Shown in pieces: positions 5,330 through 8,887 of a stretch of 8,887 nucleotides of DNA. A model generated the notes under the pieces. That model saw nothing but the letters and a program-made list of their open reading frames with translations, was not told the origin of the DNA and searched no databases. The position numbers were made by a program, and so were the translations under genes. Position 1 is the stretch's first letter; every line of letters begins with the position of its first letter. Origin of the DNA: a virus (Duplodnaviria; Heunggongvirae; Uroviricota; Caudoviricetes); the IMG/VR virus record IMGVR_UViG_2778261251_000018, positions 1 to 8,887 of that record. One strand, 5' to 3'.

Positions 5330-5878
5330 TCAAGGGTGCCACATACTCCCGCGAGTAAGAGTCAAACAGGATAGTAGTACATTGCTGGCATGTGAAAAAT
5401 TAGCTTCCTGGTCTTCGAGGTTGTAAGACCATTTTTCTCCATGGAAAAGATTATGCCGTAACCTAAAAATCACTTTGAACACAAAGCTGATTTTATCTTC
5501 AATTGTTGGAGACTGTATCTGAAGTAGCGTAACAAAGCGTTCTCTGATTGCATTCTTAACATACTCAGGCGGGGCCAGTTTATTGAAGCGGTAATCGCTA
5601 TCAGGGCTGTCTCGATAGCGTCGTATAAAATAACGATAGCAATCATCTATGGTCTGACTGTCCATGCCGTTATGCACAACCAGTTCCTGTGCCAGTGCGT
5701 CAGTTCTACCAAGGCCAGCAGCCATTGATGTTAACTTTGATTCAGCCAGGGAAAAATAAATCATAAAGCGACATAAGTTATCATATTGATTCTGATGAAA
5801 TGGTTGTGCTTGTAACAGATCTGCCAATTCGGCGACTACTGGGCGTGGGGCGTCTTCTACGATACTCACTTCCGACAT
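5330..5878 (-). CDS. Hypothetical protein with a C-terminal R-x4-H motif (HEPN-like, putative RNase), 182 aa
   Basis: ORF-track ORF. AAGGGAG Shine-Dalgarno ~6 nt upstream. Motif FRLRHNLFHGEKW (res ~139-151) contains R-H-N-L-F-H, matching the HEPN R-x(4-6)-H signature with a polar residue after the Arg. The fold is not verified. Confidence 0.6.
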   Translation of the reverse strand: MSEVSIVEDAPRPVVAELADLLQAQPFHQNQYDNLCRFMIYFSLAESKLTSMAAGLGRTDALAQELVVHNGMDSQTIDDCYRYFIRRYRDSPDSDYRFNKLAPPEYVKNAIRERFVTLLQIQSPTIEDKISFVFKVIFRLRHNLFHGEKWSYNLEDQEANFSHASNVLLSCLTLTRGSMWHP

Positions 5879-6357
5879 AAAAACTCCCTTATGTTATGGA
5901 GAGGGTGAAAATAACTGTATCTGTCAGGAGATTCTTTCTCGGTTGGTCATTGAGCGCGCTCCTATAAAGCATATGTTATACCCAATATTACAAAAACCAG
6001 GTACATATGCTTGTTCTATTTAACCTGCGTCCTCTGCAAGATAATGCGACACTATCAGCAAACGTTACTGTTGTACATGAGCGGTACTTAAACTGAGGTA
6101 TTCGGCCTCGTGTTGGTCGTGACCAAATACCTTTTTAAACGCAAGTAACTCTCTCTATGAAACAGACTTTAGTCGATTTTCGAACACCTTAGTCGCAGGG
6201 TCTTGATAAATTAACAATGTATTGAAAACATATAATTATCCCATCAACTCCAACGTAATACATCACAAAAAAATCTATTTTTTGTTCTAACGTCAATACG
6301 TGTTCTAAAAACAATATTTCACTAAGAATGAGAGGATTCAGAGTACATTAAAATGAT

Positions 6358-6388
6358 GGGTTGTTTATTCAATTCTTATAAACAACCC
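6358..6388 (-). terminator. Hairpin terminator after the DUF262 gene
   Basis: Perfect inverted repeat GGGTTGTTTAT-(9 nt)-ATAAACAACCC, starting 12 nt past the stop at 6400 and followed on the minus strand by AUCAUUUUAAU. Confidence 0.5.
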
Positions 6389-6399
6389 ACTTTCGTCAT

Positions 6400-7458
6400 T
6401 TAATCATGTAAAGAGCAAAATTCTTTCAAAATATCAAATCTACGCTGTCTGTTATGACTCTTCTTTGAACCCTCTTGGCTGAGGAATCTATATTCCTCAA
6501 CCAGTGGATGGGGGTTATCTTGTTCATTTAACTCATAAATATTAAAAAAATCCTCGAGCTTTGAACTAATAACATTCATATCAACAAGCTTAGATTTACT
6601 AAGCTGTAAATAATAGTATGCCAGCACAAATATAAAATACAAATGGCCTTTTTTCTTTACAACTGATTCTAATACTTGTTTATTGTTGATAATTTGAGAT
6701 ATGATCCTTAACACTTCGTTAAAGATAATTCTGTCCTCAGTCGCCTCAGGGTAATTCTCATTGTATTGATCATACACTCGATTAATTGATTTTTGTGTAT
6801 TATCCTGCTCAATACCCATTCGTAAGAAAATCAATAATGTGCTGATGAATTGAATGTCTTGCATCCGACGGATATCTGACTGAGTAAATATCTTATAATT
6901 ATCCCAAAATTCATTTTGTGCAATTTCTTCGGCTAATCTTAAAAACTCGCCATTAAATTCAGCATTACGAAGTTCTTGAGGATTTAACGTAGTATTTGTT
7001 CTATTTAGACGTAAAAATAACTTTGCAATCTCATCATATCTCAATGATTCATTAATAAATCTGGATGAGAATTGGTATCGCCAAAAATCACGTTTGTTAT
7101 CTGCCGACAATTCTGAAAAAATTTTCCCACTATAGTCGGCTTCTTTATCATCTATAGCTGCTTTGCTTAACTTAAACTCATCATTTAAATATCGCTGGAT
7201 TGTGGTTAGCCTTTGCTGTCCATCTACAATTGAATATTTAGTATCTCCAGTGTCAGGATCAGTATTATTTGCCCAAAGGTAAATCTCAGGGATTGGGTAG
7301 CCAATTAATATTGTCTCAATTAAGGCCACTTGGTCTTTTTGCTGCCAGATATATTTTCTCTGATATGAATTATCAACTGTAATAACACCTGATTTCAAAT
7401 TATCCGTCAACCATTTAATGTCTTTCGATTCAACTTTAATTAGATCAATAGCTCTCAT
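6400..7458 (-). CDS. DUF262 (ParB/Srx-fold, GmrS-like N-terminal NTPase domain) protein, 352 aa, without a recognisable DUF1524/HNH nuclease module
   Basis: ORF-track ORF. DUF262 hallmark motifs read directly: YQRKYIW (res 32-38) and DGQQR (res 79-83, nt 7210-7224). AGGA Shine-Dalgarno 9 nt upstream. ATG overlaps the NTase stop (ATGA). The C-terminal ~200 aa is low-complexity K/N/Y-rich, with no His-Me finger seen by eye. Confidence 0.85.
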   Translation of the reverse strand: MRAIDLIKVESKDIKWLTDNLKSGVITVDNSYQRKYIWQQKDQVALIETILIGYPIPEIYLWANNTDPDTGDTKYSIVDGQQRLTTIQRYLNDEFKLSKAAIDDKEADYSGKIFSELSADNKRDFWRYQFSSRFINESLRYDEIAKLFLRLNRTNTTLNPQELRNAEFNGEFLRLAEEIAQNEFWDNYKIFTQSDIRRMQDIQFISTLLIFLRMGIEQDNTQKSINRVYDQYNENYPEATEDRIIFNEVLRIISQIINNKQVLESVVKKKGHLYFIFVLAYYYLQLSKSKLVDMNVISSKLEDFFNIYELNEQDNPHPLVEEYRFLSQEGSKKSHNRQRRFDILKEFCSLHD

Positions 7459-8045
7459 ATCAATTGTCCTTGTAACTTATCTTTTAGACTATTCAACCCA
7501 GCTATGTGATAGCGTTCAACGGACTCCCAAGAGTCATAAATTCTGTAGTTGATGTCGTTAGGTATTCCAAAAATAGTTTGAATGTCTTTTTTTAATGGTT
7601 CAACGTTACGGGACCATTTATTAAAAAAATCGACTCTAATATCTAACTCCTTCAATGACACGAATCCTTTGAAAATATTTTTAGCTACAGGAGCATATAC
7701 AGGCAAATAATTCTTTGATTGTAATTCAATAAATGCCATCCAGGAAGATTTATAAATTCTGTCGGATACTAAAACCAAGTCTATATCTGACTCATCGTTA
7801 AATGTTCGATAATTTTTATCAGGGCTCAAGCTGAATCCCATCTTAGCACTTCCAACAATTGCAATATTATTTACATGAATTTCAAGCTTCTTAGACATAT
7901 ATAGCTTAAACTCATCATAATCTTTAGCAAAGGTTATTGATTTTTTTTGTTCCCGAAAATACCAAATGTCATGTCCTAAAAGGTATCGTTGGTAGACATC
8001 GCGGATATCGTCGGATAGTAGCTTTTCCTTAAATTCATTTAACAT
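7455..8045 (-). CDS. Minimal nucleotidyltransferase (Pol-beta superfamily, MNT/SMODS-like), ~196 aa
   Basis: ORF-track ORF 7455..8069 starts at TTG; the first ATG is at 8045 (MLNEFKEKLL...). Neither start has a strong ribosome-binding site. NTase signature read directly: IVGSAKMG (GS motif, nt ~7848-7856), then NDESDIDLVLV (acidic D-x-D pair, nt 7779-7787), then LDIRVD as a likely third acidic residue. Confidence 0.8.
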   Translation of the reverse strand: MLNEFKEKLLSDDIRDVYQRYLLGHDIWYFREQKKSITFAKDYDEFKLYMSKKLEIHVNNIAIVGSAKMGFSLSPDKNYRTFNDESDIDLVLVSDRIYKSSWMAFIELQSKNYLPVYAPVAKNIFKGFVSLKELDIRVDFFNKWSRNVEPLKKDIQTIFGIPNDINYRIYDSWESVERYHIAGLNSLKDKLQGQLI

Positions 8046-8096
8046 TTTCTTGTGCGCCCCTATTGACAAGAACTGTAGATTAGCTGTTACATTTCC

Positions 8097-8125
8097 ATAG
8101 TATGTTTTTATTGCGTCATTAACAA
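8097..8125 (-). promoter_or_regulatory. Candidate sigma70 promoter for the NTase-DUF262 operon
   Basis: Minus strand: -35 TTGTTA (plus 8120-8125), 17-bp spacer, -10 TACTAT (plus 8097-8102), ~50 nt upstream of the ATG at 8045. Only 4 of 6 matches in each hexamer. Confidence 0.25.
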
Positions 8126-8887
8126 GTAATTAAATGCTTTCACCAGATTTAATTTCGCTGATACACTTGTTTTTTTCATGGTTATGACTGATTTTTTAGT
8201 TCATCGCAGTCATTGCGGAGCACCCTGCTAATGAGGTATCACTACATTTAATGCTGGCAATCATTAATAAATAATTTTTCATGTTATTTTACTTGGTCGT
8301 TAACGTGATATCGGCCTCAGAACAATCACCAATAGACAATATATCTCATGCCGTTAATGGTCAAATCACAGCCCCCCTTCAGTAAGCTAATAGATGTCTG
8401 CTTACTGCCAGATAAAGTCATTGTTCTTATAGACAGGTAATAATCCCACATCGAAATTAAATATCTTCCTTTTACATTAGAAATAATTCCTCCAGGACAC
8501 TATCCATTGCCGGGCACAATCACTCGGGGTATAACGATATAAAATATGTTCATGATAGTGCAGGTTCGTATATTAAGTTCAGCAGCGAAAACATGCCTTA
8601 CAGGTTTCCAGTTTTGGGAGCGTCGTTACAGGATCCTGTGCATACCGTTCCCATCTGTTGAATTAAAGGTTTCACAGCCTTTGCCGATATCACCTTTTAC
8701 CTTGCCTGTGATGCGTTCAGTGCTCAGCGCTGAGAGATCCCCTCATAATTTCCCCAAAGCGTAACCATGTGTGAATAAATTTTGAGCTAGTAGGGTTGCA
8801 GCCACGAGTAAGTCTTCCCTTGTTATTGTGTAGCCAGAATGCCGCAAAACTTCCATGCCTAAGCGAACTGTTGAGAGTACGTTTCGA

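Larger units (their letters stand above)
5880..8480. other. AT-rich islet (~30-35% GC versus ~50% in flanks), probably horizontally acquired, carrying the NTase-DUF262 operon
   Basis: GC counted by hand on sample 60-nt lines: 28-42% inside (6601, 7561, 7501) versus ~53% at the window start. Encoded proteins are K/N/I/Y-rich. Boundaries are approximate. Confidence 0.55.

Noticed and set aside
8046-8069. TTG start for the NTase ORF given by the ORF track
   Set aside because: No ribosome-binding site before the TTG. The in-frame ATG at 8045 is preferred, though its Shine-Dalgarno is also weak, so the true start is uncertain by 8 codons.
8140-8300. Minus-strand mini-ORFs of 22 and 27 aa in the AT-rich upstream region
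   Set aside because: No ribosome-binding sites and random-looking composition in a 30% GC region where short ORFs arise by chance. Not called.
8546-8764. Plus-strand 72-aa ORF
   Set aside because: No ribosome-binding site and the translation is not protein-like; treated as non-coding or a decayed remnant.
1-8887. tRNA, rRNA, CRISPR array, integrase or transposase / IS element
   Set aside because: No tRNA-like T-arm or acceptor pattern, no regularly spaced direct repeats, and no ORF with recognisable integrase or transposase motifs were seen.

Overview
This window reads as an enterobacterial (E. coli/Salmonella-like, ~50% GC) lambdoid prophage segment, with every convincing gene but one on the minus strand. 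Reading in the direction of transcription (high to low coordinates): (1) an AT-rich islet (~5880-8480, ~30-35% GC) carrying a translationally coupled two-gene operon, a minimal Pol-beta-type nucleotidyltransferase followed by a DUF262 (ParB/Srx-fold, DGQQR) protein, with its own candidate promoter and terminator. This is my best candidate for an undescribed defence or toxin-like module. (2) A 182-aa protein with a C-terminal R-x4-H (HEPN-like) motif. (3) A small basic protein, a strong intrinsic terminator, then a coiled-coil single-pass membrane protein. (4) A divergent pair of unknown genes (210 aa and 77 aa). (5) A self-contained SOS-type module: a consensus LexA box overlapping a promoter, a 59-aa ORF and a terminator. 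(6) A nin-region-like operon (DUF1367-like, DUF1364/YbcO-like, a putative antiterminator Q), then a pR'/tR'-like promoter-terminator pair and two holin-like membrane proteins. No rRNA, tRNA, CRISPR array, integrase or transposase was recognised. All calls rest on reading the sequence and the ORF track; no database search was run, and family names come from motif recognition and memory.
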